DNA of 63,281 bases, counting the filler, from Hausera hauseri (Eukaryota), in the NCBI GenBank assembly GCA_046269625.1. It is 12 parts of 12 records of this genome, joined end to end, with 100 filler letters (N's around TTAATTAATTAA, not from the genome) between each part and the next. Parts side by side here need not be neighbours in the genome. Positions count along the whole stretch, not along the records: positions 4,056 to 14,936 come from JBJURY010144424.1; positions 15,037 to 20,020 come from JBJURY010371149.1; positions 20,121 to 25,307 come from JBJURY010313053.1; 9 more parts are not named here. The stretch is one strand, 5' to 3'. The translations under genes were made by a program, and so were the position numbers. The notes under the pieces are model-generated. The model was given only the letters and a program-made list of their open reading frames with translations. It made no database searches and was not told where the DNA came from. Of this stretch, positions 10,516-24,577 are shown in pieces (position 1 is the first letter of the stretch; each line of letters opens with the position of its first letter).

Positions 10516-11562
10516 GTAAATATCTCTCTGAAAACAGTGTCCAAATCTATAGTGACGACTTGTTCAAAGCCTTATGTATCTTGAAGAGGTTTGATAACCA
10601 AACTCACTGTGATCTTTTAATTAATAACATTGTATCTTCCACCTACGAAAAAAAAATTAATGTTGACGTTTCATTGAATATCTATTCTGATCCAACTTTT
10701 ACAACGCCGGTCAAACGTAGTGAACAGTTATTTAAACTCATTCTTAATTCAAACCGAGAGAGAGGAGCAACGAAATCATCAATGTTGATTAGTAGGCGAA
10801 TTGCTGAACCGATTATTTTGAGTAGCCAAATGAACCAGGGTTCGTTTAACCATGATGATGAATCTGCAATAGCTACTGCATCTAACGTAAAACGAGTCGC
10901 ATCGAGACCCATACGTTCTGTTGCCAGAGTCTTTGTAGCTTTTCAGCTACAGATGGCTCCAGATTATAACCGTAAACGCCATCAAAGTCGACTTAGTAGT
11001 AACGTTCACGTTTCTTCACACGAACAAGACCCTTAGTTGTTTGTAAATGATTTCTCTAACGTCTACCTTTTGCGTCTTTGTCCGAGCTACCACGAATCTC
11101 AGCGGACATTATTGTTCTTGCTCGATGTGGATTATTGAAACCAACTACAAATTATTCGCATCTTTATCAAATTTCTGCAGAATTCCAAACTTTTATCAAA
11201 TATTCCAAACATCTATACCAGATAACACCCTGCATTTTCGTGCCCGCCATACCGAGGCGGAGGTTCCGGCCGCCAATCCTGCGCCGGTCGGTCGGACGGC
11301 GCCTTCTGCGTCGGCCCCACAGCACGCCACCAGGCCCACCTCTGTTCCCACTTCCGTTTTTTACTTTTTTAACAATATACATATTTATACTCTCAACACA
11401 ACACATCCACACATTCCCACTCTTCAGACCCGCATATCTTCTTTCCTTGGTTCTTCTGACTTTTATCTCACCCATCACGGTACTATCATACATCTCAACA
11501 AAACTTTACTTCCCTCTTCAAATCATGCTTGCTTCAACATACATCTCCATATCCGTGGTGGC

Positions 11563-14500
11563 ATGAATTCTTCCCCAACTATTGACATCACGGATACAAC
11601 CATCTCAAAAAATCCAATACCCATTCTTTACTACTCCAAACCAAACCCCCATCTACTTTACTCGATGCAAATCCTCACAAAAATCCTACCAATACTTCAC
11701 ACTGCACTGAATACTTCATAGATAATGAAAAGTCCAGTAAAACGTGGCTTCACTTCCATCAACTCTGGCTACAATCCAACGGTACCACAGACTCCTTATC
11801 CAAAGCCCATAGCCTACTCTGTCTTCTCCCAAACTCCATAAAAGCCTCAATCCATAACTTACTAGACATTTTTAAACACCCTGACCATTATACCCAATTA
11901 TTCGACGCTGTATTAAAACTGACTCCATAATGTAACATTTCTTTAATGAAAATGCAATGGGGACACAAAAACCCAGTGACTTCCTACGCATCTCGTTGGC
12001 ACACTTCCGTACTCTTGCTGTAACTAAGGAGCACAACCCAGATCTCCTACGTCACTATTTTCTTAATGCGCTACCTATCCAAATCCGGACCCTCCTTACC
12101 GCTTGAAAAATTGGCCGAATTGGCCGATAGGACACACGATGTCCTACACGCAAATTCTCCACCAGTCGTTTCAGCAGCAGTTACCACAAATGATAACACA
12201 TCTATAGAACAACAACTTAATCAGCTATGTGCTGAAAACATTGCATTACATGCAACAATCAACAACATCAATAACAAATTGAACTAATTGTCTCTGTCAC
12301 GACGAGGGGGTTTTGCCGCTGATCGTACCCATTCTGTGTCATAAAACCGCTCACCATCGCCTGCGCGTTCGTCGATCTGCTATTACCACAGCAGATTCAA
12401 CACTAATGCTCAGAAATGCTGCCTAGGGTGCCAATTTTATAACAAGACATTTTCCTCAAGCACCGTTGTTTGCATTTACCATGCAAGGTTTACAAATCAA
12501 GCTCGTAAATGTATCCATGGCTGCACCTTCAAATCCAATAAGAACGACGGACGTACTGCCTTTCCTTCTAACAGTCGTCCCAGTTCACCGTTTCAAAAAA
12601 ACTAACTTCACCTCCAGAAGTCACGGCAAACTCTGGAAAAGGCACTACTTTACATTCTGATCGCCGACATGTCTCTTTCGCCGCAATCACTGCTCCTACA
12701 ACGCAATCTGTTGATTTCTTCATCGATGTAGGTGTAGTGATTTCTCTATTACCGCAAAACTTTCCTGTTCAAAACTCTCCATTCAAACTTAAGTCCTTAT
12801 ACACTGCTTCAGGCCAACCGCTGCACATTTCTGGCACGACTAAATTATCTTTCACTCTGCCGAATTTTCTTCCACCCTTCCACTGGACGTTCACAGTCGC
12901 TAATGTCCAGTCGGCAATTCTGGGATCTGACTTTCTCTCACACTATAACTTACTGGTTGACTGCAGTCAAAGATGTTTGAGGAACGGCACCACTGGCCGC
13001 ATTTCTGGACTTGTAAATAGCATTTCGTCTACAGCGCAGTCGACCGGAATGCGGAAGCCTATTTTAAAAAAGTTTACGAATAGTTCGATTTTTATAACAA
13101 TAATTCTATTCGAAAATTTTTAAACAATAATGTGGATATACGATCGAGGTTTGATGTCGATGAGTGTGGTACTGCCACCAACATTGCTCCATTCAGCGAA
13201 GTAACTTCACCCAACACCATCTTCAATTCAACCATCTTACACCAAATACCACTTGACTGCACATCACCTAACAACTCACAAATTTCATCTGCTACTACTC
13301 AAGCCGTTTCACCACCTTCACCAAATCTCTCACAGTTACCAAGAACTTTACAACAGTTCGTCAACACATCATGTCCACGCGTACTTAAAAAAGTCCGTAC
13401 CTTTTACTCCCGCAAATAGTACTTTACACCATATAGTCACTTAGCATCAACGTCCAATACGCCAAAAGGTACGACCTCTGTCACCTCGCCGTAGACAGGC
13501 CGTAGAAGCCGAATTCCTTGAGCTAGAACGTTTCGGCATAGTACGCCGTTCCAAATCTCCTTGGTCATCACCGTTACACGTTGTACAAAAAAGGACGGTA
13601 TCTTTAGACCATGCGGTTACTACCGACAGCTAAACAACTTGACTATCATGGATGCGTATCCTTTACCACTCATCAAGGATATCGTGCATCGTCTTAATTC
13701 AACCACCATTTATTCAACCATTGATTTAGCTAAAGCATACCATCAGATACCGGTAGCACCCGAAGACATAGAAAAAACCGAAGTAACTACTCCTTTTGAT
13801 CTCTACAAATACCTATGCATGCCATTCGGTTTTCGAAATGTCGCACAAACTTTTCAGCGCCACATCGATTCGATTCTTGCAGATTTCCCGTTTGCACACC
13901 CTTACATCGATGATATTCTAGTCGTTTCATCTTCGGCCAAGCAACACGAAGAACACCTTCGCGCAATATTTCAACGTCTCAACCACCATAATCTCCAAGT
14001 CAGTTTAAACAAATCAAACGCATTTGTTTAAAAAAAACGCATTAACTTTTTAGTCCACGTTATTACACCAGACGGTCATTCTCCCCAATTAGACCGAGTC
14101 GAAGCTCTTAAAAACATCCAGTTGCCACGTTCGACCACCGAAATGAGTAGCTTCCTTGGCACACTCCACTTTGTACATAAATATTTACCACATTGCTCGG
14201 AATTGACAGCATCATTCGCACATCTAAGCGGCGGCAAAAACATCTGCCAATCCAGTGGACACCCGAATTGGTTGACAAATTCGACAAGCTACGTGAAGAC
14301 ATCAAAACTGCAGATATTCTAGCCTTTTTCAAGCCTGATGCAGAACTCATCCTTATTACAAACGCGTCAACCACTGCTGTAGGCGCTGTACTCCACCAAA
14401 TCTACAAGGGAGAAAACCAATCATTAGAATTTTTCTCTCGCAAACTAACCGCACCGGAAACCAGATATTCCACATTTGATCGAGAATTATGGCAATCGCA

Positions 14501-14936
14501 TTGGCAAAGCACTACTCACACCTGCTTGTCGCTCGTCATTTTACTCTACAAACTGATCACAAGACTTTACTTAACATCATGGCCATGAAACATCCTTACA
14601 CACGTCAAGAACGACAAATATCATAATTATCTACATTTAACTTCGATATTAAACATATTAACGGAGTTAACAATTTAGTTGCAGATTTTTTATCTAGGTC
14701 GGTTAGTTCTATTAATTTTTCTCCGATTTTTACGCAAGACCAACTTCAACAGAATCATCCACCTCAAGACATGCTTAAGTCTTTTAAATCTTGCACAATC
14801 GCTGACGGCATGGCTTTGGACACCTCCAAACCAGGTCATTCCGTAATGATCCTAGCACCATCTTTGCAAAGGCAAGCATTTCACAGCATGCATTCATTAC
14901 ACCATCCTGGTGCTAAAGCCACTTTTCGTCTTCTTC
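11563..14936 (+). mobile_element. Gypsy LTR retrotransposon, CsRn1-like (gag with CHCC knuckles, protease, RT, RNase H, integrase start), decayed
   Basis: CYYHSRF..AQKCCLGC and CIYHARF..ARKCIHGC; protease FFIDVG and ILGSDFL; RT DLAKAYHQI, MPFG, YIDD; RNase H NASTTAVGAVL, YSTFDREL; integrase HSLHHPG. Confidence 0.9.
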
Positions 14937-16047
14937 NNNNNNNNNNNNNNNNNNNNNNNNNNNNNNNNNNNNNNNNNNNNTTAATTAATTAANNNNNNNN
15001 NNNNNNNNNNNNNNNNNNNNNNNNNNNNNNNNNNNNTCAGAAATAAGCAAAAAGACAAAATTGATGAAATACAAGTAAAAAAGAGAAAGTCATTTTATGA
15101 CTGTGACCAGAAGAAAGACTGAAGATGAAAAACTAAAAAGATTGCGAAAGAAAACCCGAGAAACAAAGAAACCAATAGAAAATAGAATAGAAGATCAAAA
15201 GCAGGAAGTTAAAACAACCAGTTAACAGAACAAGAAAAATCAAGACGGTAAACAGAAGTCAACGCATTATGGAATAAAAGGACAAATGAAAAAGAAATTA
15301 CAAAGAATGAGTTTACAAAAATATTGGTAATGGCAGAATACAGCAGTCACCGGAAAATAAAAGAAGCAATGTTCTACGTAAAAAAGGTAGAAACACGAGG
15401 AGCATACGAGAACGCCTATTTACAGGCGAACCCCAATATTTGACGATATTTGGCCCCAATTTTCTGATCTGGGACAAAACTGTCGCTGCCAATAGATACC
15501 AAAGTTAAAATACTACTAGAGAACCAACACCAAAGATGTCGGAGCGATGCCCACATCCCAGATTGACACAAGCAAGTTATCCATGATTGGACACTAGTTC
15601 CCGTGAACTATTATCCGATGAAAAGTTCAATTAATACTGACGAAAAAGTATTGTACGGTTACTTGTATCAAGATCAAGATGGTCTCGTATTTGAGCCAAC
15701 AGAACATATTACCAATGTAGACTTAGACAGAGACGACGGTGAAGAAGAAATCACTTTTCCCGTATGTGGAGCTGTCTTGAAGCATGGACCTTAGAAAACG
15801 ATGAAACCATTGATCCAGTATGTAGAGCGGTGGTCACGCAGCTGAAATATTATTCTAACGGACGAAATAACCGGGTCGTAGAAATCCGGCAAAACAGCAG
15901 CTGTCAATTAGAGGAAAGCCCCCGACGCGAACAGGAAATTGAGGCACACGATTCAGAAACAAGTCTACGCAGAAGATTGAATCTACTAAAACGACTGCAT
16001 CAAGACGTCACCTTTCCTGATGCAGTATGCTCGTCCGAGGATGCCGT

Positions 16048-16468
16048 TGTAAAATGTCTCCAGTCGATTGAATTATTTAGTTATAGTTGCATTGTCTCAA
16101 TCTAAAATGTCTCTAGTCGATTTAATTATTTAGCTAGCTGTAGTTGAAATAATTATTAGTATCCATCATTGTAAAAAGGATTCTTACTATTGTAAAAGTA
16201 TTATTTATCAGCCAATATCTGATTAACCACTAAAGGTGCTAACCTCCATGTTATCAAAATCAAGAGTAAAATATATAGGTAAGTGAGTTTCTAAATTAAA
16301 ACAGGACAATACACGCAATATCCGCAATTATGAATTAAAATAATAAGTATGGCACATCCCGTTTTATCGACATTGATAAAACCTTATTCACACAAGTCAA
16401 CTGAAAAACTTGAAGCATAACTCATTATTATAGACGGGAGTTGTGTAGGACGAACCGTAACTATAACA
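16048..16468 (+). repeat. Putative LTR (5' boundary tentative)
   Basis: TGT...ACA with an internal tandem duplication (aaatgtctc.agtcgatt twice), ending 2 nt before a PBS. Confidence 0.45.
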
Positions 16469-16470
16469 TT

Positions 16471-16487
16471 TGGCGACCATAGTAGGA
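16471..16487 (+). promoter_or_regulatory. Primer-binding site (tRNA-Arg type)
   Basis: TAACA-TT-TGGCGACCATAGTAGGA, a TGGCGACC-type PBS upstream of gag. Confidence 0.7.
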
Positions 16488-16890
16488 GAGTTGGTGCCTC
16501 GCTAGACTATTACTTATTACAGTTAAATAACGACACACCGGCGATCAGCACCACTCACATAAAGTGACTGAACTATAGTTTGAAACTTAAAATTTGGGAT
16601 ATAATTTGAACAGAATCAAATAAAGATTAATACAAGAACGAATATTGATAAGTCAAAAGTAAATCTTAGTATAAATGATAAAGAAAATTCGCCAATACGC
16701 CAGACGCGTAGAAGTATATAGGAGTAACAAAAATCTATATAAACGTTCGCTTTTTGAGACTAGAATAAATTCGCTTGATATAGAATCAACTGTTGTTGTG
16801 TAAACCGTTAAGTTTAAAATTCCTCACATAAGAGATAAAGTTCATAAAGATAATAAAATAGATTTAGAAATTAGAAACGAAATTAATAAT

Positions 16891-19800
16891 ATGGCAGCAG
16901 ACAATATCTTTACATTTGACTCTGAATCTGCCGGCGTATGATGGTAACCCGGACGGATTGAATGAATTTCTGAGAACCTGTAAATTGCTCGCGGAAGGTG
17001 CCAGTCTTATTCTGAATTGATGATTAAACGTTTGTCATTATATCTGAAAAATTTGGCTACTGATGCCTATAATGATCTCACTAATGACGAAAAGAAATCT
17101 TGGTCCTTCCTGGTAGGAGCCTTTTCACGGTAAATTACTTCCAAGAGTGACACAACAACAGAAACAGCATTTCAAAATGGAACGCTGTAAAAGGGTGAAT
17201 CGGTAACCCAGTTTGCGTTTGCATTGTAAAAACTCGCTAATAGTTATGTAAGTACGTTAAGAATAACCAATGTAGCTAAGGCTAAAAATGATGCAGAACG
17301 CGAGGTCTAAGAGAAGGTACGTCCTTCAGATTTAGACGTCATGACGAAATTAATCAATGGTATCTGGTGGAGGGATTAAGTAAAAGAGCTAATTTTAGCC
17401 AGACCAGAAAATTTAGAGAAAACCTTGCAGTAGGCTCAGGACTTAGAAATGATACTGGATAGATATGCCAGACAATGATAGGGACAACAGGAATAATGAT
17501 CCAAACGATCGTAGAAACCGGAATGATAATCGAGGTAGAGATAATAGACGATTTAATAATAATAGAAATTATTAAAGTAGAAACCAGACTGCCAATAATG
17601 ATTACCGAAATAACCGATATAGTAACAGGAATTGTTGCAATGACCGAAATGCGAATAATTCAACTAGTAAGTCAAACTAGGTACAATAGAAATCACGATA
17701 GTTATAACAACTTTAATAATGGAAGTCGGTATAATGAAAACCGAAATAATGATAGTCGACGGAATGGAGATAATGGACCAGGTCTGTCAAATCACAATAA
17801 TAGAAATATGAGTAGATCAAAGTCACCTGTAAATGTAGATGGTCGACAGAGTCGGCAAAAATGGCAACTTAATTTGCTATACATGTGGTAAGGAAGGACA
17901 CAGCAAGGTCATGTCCAAACCCGCGTAGCGTGGCATTCGCCGAGCCCAATAAAACTAGTACGATTAAGACTAACGAGAATTTGGAAGCTATTTATGGTAC
18001 TCGAGCAGATATAAATATGGTTATTGAAACCCACGACTTACGGAGGTATGTAATGAGTCAAAGTGAAACTAATAATCCACAAGTTTTAAAGGCTAGAAAT
18101 TAATACGAGAAAAAATTACGATTAATAGAAGTTTACTATGGGTTGATAGAGTCACAGAGTACGAATATGCTATAGAACCAAAGCGAACTGATATGATGTG
18201 GAAAAAGAACGTTCCTGTAATTAATAAAGTCATGGATAAACCACATGAACTTAAAACTTCAACATAAGTAGACTTAGACGAAGAGTCTGAGTATACTGTT
18301 GAAAGGTCAACAAAACTACAGGTGATATAGATGAAAAGGAATTTATGGGACCACTAATACTCACAATAACGAAGAATAGAGGATAGAGTCCTTAAATTAA
18401 ACGGAAACGCGAAAATCGTTCGTGATCTCCAATGACCAAGGAGAGATTAGTGAAAGCAAAAGAAACTGAAATCTCTGTAGGAAGCGATGTAGAATTTAGT
18501 TTAAATATACCAGAATTCGGTTAGATCGCACCTGCCGAAGTAGAAAGATCAGTAGAATTAATAAATGAAATAAATCACATGTCCGTTACCTACTAGTGAG
18601 GAAGAAACAACAAATCGAGAAGTTCGATCAGAAAAGTGGAAAATTCTACGATCATGGCAAAATTTCGATGAATTAGAAAGAATGAGAGTTTGCTGTCACG
18701 ATCCAGAAGTATTACAGCAAAACTTTGAAAAACTTAAGCGGATGAGCGAACAGATAGATATCTGCGGCGAAGAACAACAATTTGCTGAAAAATTGTATAA
18801 AAGTTTGAAATCATGTAGTGAAGGGATATTAAATAAACCAATCGACTTAGAGCAACCTGAAGAAGTACCAACAGAAATGTTATCTAAATGGAAACATGAA
18901 TTATAATCATGGATAAGAAGTGGAGTTGAATTTTCAGAAACGTGGAGTAAAATGGAAGAGTGTCGATGTAAAAGTTGCTAAAGTTCAGAAATTATTAACC
19001 ATGTTAGAAGCAAATCCGAAATTAAAGAATAAAGCGTAATTTAGAACAAGCAGTGGAATGAATTAAGTTTGCAATGATTAATCGACTCAGAGAGAGACGG
19101 GTTAACGAATGGAACGAAATCGAATTAGAAATATTGGGTATACGCCTAGGAGATGATAAAAATTGCTTCCACTGCACCTAAATAATATGCGAATTTAGAG
19201 AATCGCATTAAAATTGGGAACGAAAAGCTTGCATCTTGGAATTTGACAAGTACAAAGACGAATTTAACTATGCCAACCAGGTCATGAGTTTTATAAAAGG
19301 GCCAGGTTATGAATTAAAAGATGCTTATAAAACGCTAAACAGAGCAATACTGGAGAAACCCGTAATAACTAACCAACTAAAGGAATGGTCCAAATTAATA
19401 TTGAGACTAAGTCAAGTAATGAAAAATCGTATAAAATAATTCCCAGAAAGCGAAGTGATAGTGGAGAAACAATTGGGGGAAATTTCAGGAAATTTAGATA
19501 CTATGAGAAAAGAGGTAGACATCTGGACCCAGTTCAACATACTATGACAACTAAAAATTATGGGTAAAAGTAGAGATGAAATTAACGAATGAAATATATA
19601 TGATTGAAAGGACAGATTTTCATATAAAACTAGACATGACTTGTGACCTCTATCCGAAATTAAGGAATGTAGAGTTTAGGCGTCCAACAACTAACTGTAA
19701 AACCCATAAGGAAAATTTCTATCCAAGAAGTAAAACCATTAGACATCTGTCTAGATTACGAACTGTCAATAGAAAGGACACTGAAATTTTTACAGTACCC

Positions 19801-20020
19801 TCATAAATGGATGCCAGGATAAGATCAAAAATGGCATGCGGAGTTAATAGAGATAATGGAAGATTATCGACTCATCTGTGATGAAACGAATTTCATACAA
19901 AATTAATTGAAGAAATAGATCCCGATTCCGAAATTTTAAAATGAAATAATCAAGTTAACGTTGTTACTGGTAGAAATGGCTGAAATCAGCGATGAGAAAA
20001 TGAGACAACTACAAGGTCGG
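16891..20020 (+). mobile_element. Decayed Gypsy gag followed by a long unknown coding extension
   Basis: LPAYDGNPDGLNEFLRTC capsid motif, an N/R/D-rich linker and a CCHC knuckle CYTCGKEGH/ARSCP near 17875-17915. After it come more than 2 kb of broken, charged ORF pieces with no protease motif. Confidence 0.7.
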
Positions 20021-20120
20021 NNNNNNNNNNNNNNNNNNNNNNNNNNNNNNNNNNNNNNNNNNNNTTAATTAATTAANNNNNNNNNNNNNNNNNNNNNNNN
20101 NNNNNNNNNNNNNNNNNNNN

Positions 20121-20322
20121 TACCAATGTCAACGTGACACACAACGATATTGTATAAAATTTTCATCAAATTGTCTATTACAAATTGCGGGAATGATAGC
20201 AGCAAGTTTCGCTCGTGTCTGGATGGTGTTTTGAGCAAAGCAATAAAGTACGGCTGACTACGTTTAAATCGCATTTTTGGACGTATTGATTCTGAGACGT
20301 AGTTGTTTATAACCGTTGCCAC
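20121..20322 (-). pseudogene. Polinton small ORF (paralogue of 60497-60838)
   Basis: MATVINNYVSESIRPKMRFKRSQPYF is nearly identical to the ORF at 60497. Confidence 0.75.
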
Positions 20323-20499
20323 TGTGACGGTAATTTGCGTCTAGTTGTTGTTGTTGTTGTTTTTCGAAGCACAGGATTGATTGATCGCTTGACTGTAGCG
20401 GTTAGTTTTGAGACAAGTTTCTTGTCGGGCACCCGCTTGGTAGATTTACGTTTAACAATTGTTTTTCGAAAATTCTTTATTTTATCACAATTATGTCGT

Positions 20500-20850
20500 C
20501 GACTTTTGAATTTGTTTATAGACCTATACACCTTTCTGATTGAAAACGTCTGTTTGTACAAGCATGTCATCGGGACACTGTTGGGTAAAGTTTATGAACA
20601 AGTATCTGTGTGGCTCGGTCGTAGCATCATGATATGCATATATCAAGTAGGCTTGGTTTTGAGGAAATGCTTGTCGTGCAACATAATCAATGATAGTCTG
20701 ATCACGGGAATTTTTGAACAACAATGAATAGTATACGTTAAGATTTCTTGTTCGATGTTGTCCGCCCTGATGGAACATGTTTTGCATAATGAAAATAACA
20801 GACACATCACGGTGTCGTAAAATTTTCGTAAACAGGTTGATGAACAGGTT
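20500..20850 (-). pseudogene. Polinton packaging ATPase, C-terminal half
   Basis: LFTKILRHRDVSVIFIMQNMFHQGGQHRTRNLN...LFKNSRD...PHRYLFINF is the A32-like ATPase C-terminus. Confidence 0.85.
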
Positions 20851-20969
20851 ATTGAAATATACAACAAAACAATATACATAGGATATCACAGTTAGGATTG
20901 TCACAGTAACTGAACTGAACTGAACTGATTTGTCTGAACCGACAGAGCTCCAATTGTTTAAACATGCGT

Positions 20970-23900
20970 TTATTTCAGCCGCCAGTGTCCATACGCCCAA
21001 CTCTTATTTTGTCTCACCCACTTTCGCTTATCATCGTTACATGACAAAGCTACTTTCGCACTCGTTATTTTGTACAGCTGGTGTTCAATTGATCGGATGA
21101 TCGTTTGAGACACAACAGCCACTGATTGTCCTCCTTCTGCCGCTTCTTCACATATACGTCGATAATCACCGTGACTTAGTTCCGTCTGTTTCAGCTGGAC
21201 TGCTTTGCCCGCATTTTCGATCCACAGTCCGTCAGAAGTCTGTATTACTTTGGACGTGGGAATATCCATTCTTGATGCTGAACTCTGCCTTCACTCTCAT
21301 CCTTGAAGCAACTAATTTTGTTTGTGATGGCGTTGCTGTACAATGGATGATTCTGTGGGTAATTGGACGTGTCAAGTAATCCATCGTCCATCGTTTGTCG
21401 CAGTAGTTGTTCGCGATTGACGTTTCCCAGTTGCAAGAACAAACTATCTGTGGCACCGGAAATTATATTGATCTTGCATCCGCCGCCGCCGACGAACATT
21501 TGCCGGCAACGTGCCAAATCACGATAGTGCAGCTCATACATCCGCAACTTGCTCAAATCCAATACCACTTGTCCTGTATAACTTGGCCGGTCTAGTACGA
21601 CTTCTTCCCTGTTTAGTAGCACCGCAACTAATCCATCGGCAATGTGCATTGACCGCCAAAACTGTCTTCTGCTATACGTAACCAGCCGCTTTTCCGAGTT
21701 ACATAGGCGCATACTGAGCCGCTTTTTCAGATTCTCCACTGTTTTTCCGTACAGGGAATTGTTTTTCAGATTGTAGTAGTCCTTTTCGAACTTTGTACAA
21801 GCTACGACTCATTTCTCCGAATTTCCATCTATGTACGCCTTAAATATAGGCGACTGATCAAACCGTATTGCACGATGAAGCTGTGTGACGCATACACCGA
21901 GCTGCATGTAAAACTGTAGCAGACGCCAATGGACCACGTAATTCAGCTTCGGTCCATGCGTCATGAGCAGTTTCTTCACTTTTGAACCTGGCGGATATTG
22001 GTTAAATGGTGCGACCTGTAAATCGTCCAAACGTCATGCAGCTCATCTGATACCACGAGATAGACATCCATCAGGTATCCGACTAACCCTGCCATGTCTG
22101 TTCATGGTTGGTTGACCATTATATCGTCGAGATCTTGTCTGTAGACAACCCATTTGAATGAACCGTACGGCAAGGGTTGTGAAAGCGCCCAGCCGTACAG
22201 GTTATTAATATCGATATACAGCAGTGATGTGGTATGGTAGCATGGACCTGATATTTGTTGACAAATGTCATGCTGCCGTGAATACCAACATTAAACAGTC
22301 GGTACATTTTCGGGTCTTGCAGCAGCTCAGTGTCTTGATCCAGTGACATTATAGCTGACGCTCATCTAATTCTCGGTATGGAATAAAAGTTGAGTGGCTC
22401 TAGCCTATCTTCAGCCAACGCTTTCGCTCGAAACACTTGAAACACATCGGCTAATAAGTACACGTCCGGTTTAAGATACTGGTGCATGTAATTCAACATG
22501 TTTCTACAGCCGAGTTTTGTTTAACGCCTCTGTGCTTTCCGGTATTCATCCTCTGCGATACTTGTCCATCGCGGCGGTAATTCCTCTGCTGCCCGGAATC
22601 GCTCGTATGATGTTGCAAAGTCATGTGGAAATATGCCTTTGCTGCGTGAAATATGTGCGGAGAACTGCGTCAGTGCTATCGGCACATCTGGCAAGGCATT
22701 TAACAGCTTTGCCAATGATTTATTGAGAAATTGTAATGAATCAAAGAAGCGTACCTGTAACCGGTTTATAGAAGCAGACAGTGACAGGTATTTCTCCATC
22801 GTAGTCGGAATTACGGACAGTTCTCAGTGCGAAAATCCCTTTATTGCACATTTCAAAATATGGTGATAATCAAAATTCATGAAGTTATGAAATACCACTG
22901 GTAAGAATGGCCGCACACGCCTTGCCAAATTGCATGAATTACATGCTGCTCCGAGATATCGATCAGTAAAATGATCGTTATCCGGTACGAACCATTCCAG
23001 TGCGTCAAACGGTAATATTTTGTGGCACAGGTAACATTCATCTGTGACTGCAAACGTCAGGCGTTCGTATTCATTTGTCCAGATCAGATGTTTGGTACTA
23101 TTATCTCAAGACCACGGTGCGATTTCAGTTTCCACTATGGTTTGCAACTACTGCAAGAAATCGCCTACACAATTCCACCATGGAAAACATAATATTGAGG
23201 TTGACCTGCGGCATTTATTGGGACAACCAACATACCTACGGCGATTGGAACATGTTTTTGTCACACATGCTGTGCTGTGGTAAGATAGCTTCGATATAGG
23301 CATATACTACATATTCCGGACTGTCTGTTTTTGACAAATTAATGGACCTGAGTTCATGTTTGACGGGTGTGACATACATTGTGGTTCCTGACGAATTTTG
23401 TCTGCACAGAGTCACATGTTTCTCCTATTTTGTTTCCGACCTTAATCCATGAAGACATACAGAACACCATTTACAATGTATTTGTTTTTGTAGGAAATGG
23501 TTATGCTCCATGTTCAGTAGTCTATCCAGATTTGTCACCGAAACGTAGTGGTACTTTTCTTTCTGTTTCAGTAGCAACAAATTTACTGAGCAGCCATTTG
23601 GGTTTCAACTACGATAGATTATATCCACACGAGGATTTTTGTAAATTTCTTTATTCGCCGGTATTTCTACGATCGTGTTATACAGGAACATGGTGATTGC
23701 CAGTGTCGGATTACGCCATTCAAATGTCGGAATGGATTTCAGTTTCATTGGCATCCAGGCTTTATCTAAATCCAATTCGGAAAAATATTTCTGATACTGT
23801 TTTGGGCAAAATGCACTATGTCTGTCCACATTGTCATATTTCAATACCGCCAGAATACTGTAAAGAAAACAGTATTCATCTTTAGTATTTTTTACACTCA

Positions 23901-24495
23901 CTACCACCAGAAACTGCTTCAGAGCTGCAGGTGTCGGTACGAATGATCGTCCAAACAAATATATTATGTCACTCGACTTTGTTATGATAATGCCGAGGGT
24001 GACAATCTTTACAATTCGCCATCCATTACCATTTTCCATGTAATTGGCGATTTTTTCCTCGAGCTTTTCGCCAATCTTAGAGATAAAATTCTCGGTATAT
24101 GGTACAGCTCTATGTGACAGGTACCACTGCTTCCTGTCGCCTTGCACGTTTTCGAATTCTGCAAGTGCATAATACTGCACTTTGCAATTGTGTTGGAATT
24201 TGGCCACTTCAGATTCCAACCGGTTTCGCATAATGGATGGAGCATGTCTCAATTGCGTTGTTGTTGTTGCTGTTGTCGCTGACATGTTCACTTTTATATC
24301 CACGTACGATTTTTTCAGATCGTACATGACAGTAATGCGTGGTTCCTTCCCCTGTTGCTCCTGTTTCTGCTGCTGATGTTCCTTCTGCTGTTTTTGATTT
24401 CTGTTGTTTTGCAAGTATTTATCAAGGCTTGTTGATGCCTGACGTTTACTACTTGTTGAGAGAATACAGCTGCTGCTGCTTTTTGCTGCGTCCAT
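20970..24495 (-). pseudogene. Polinton/adintovirus protein-primed DNA polymerase B with endonuclease VII-like insert, decayed
   Basis: CFLYSILA; CYLC...DHFTDRYLGAACNSCNL; PVVFHNFMNFD; FFDSLQFL; KGIFPHDF; YIDINNLYGWA; KNNSLYGKTVEN; LDLSKLRMY; TDSL; KVALSCNDDKR; AYGHW. Confidence 0.92.
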
Positions 24496-24577
24496 TAATG
24501 TTTGTTTTTTTCGACCGCTTAAACTTGTTTAAGTGGCCATTGTGCTGATTATAAATTGTTCATAGTTTATTTGATCA

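Noticed and set aside
10431-11721. Overlapping ORFs of 108-224 aa
   Set aside because: No recognisable motifs; they lie over probable LTR or leader sequence of the Gypsy element.
15037-16047. Broken ORF pieces upstream of the LTR
   Set aside because: Probably the 3' tail of another element, but there is no identifiable domain or clear PPT.
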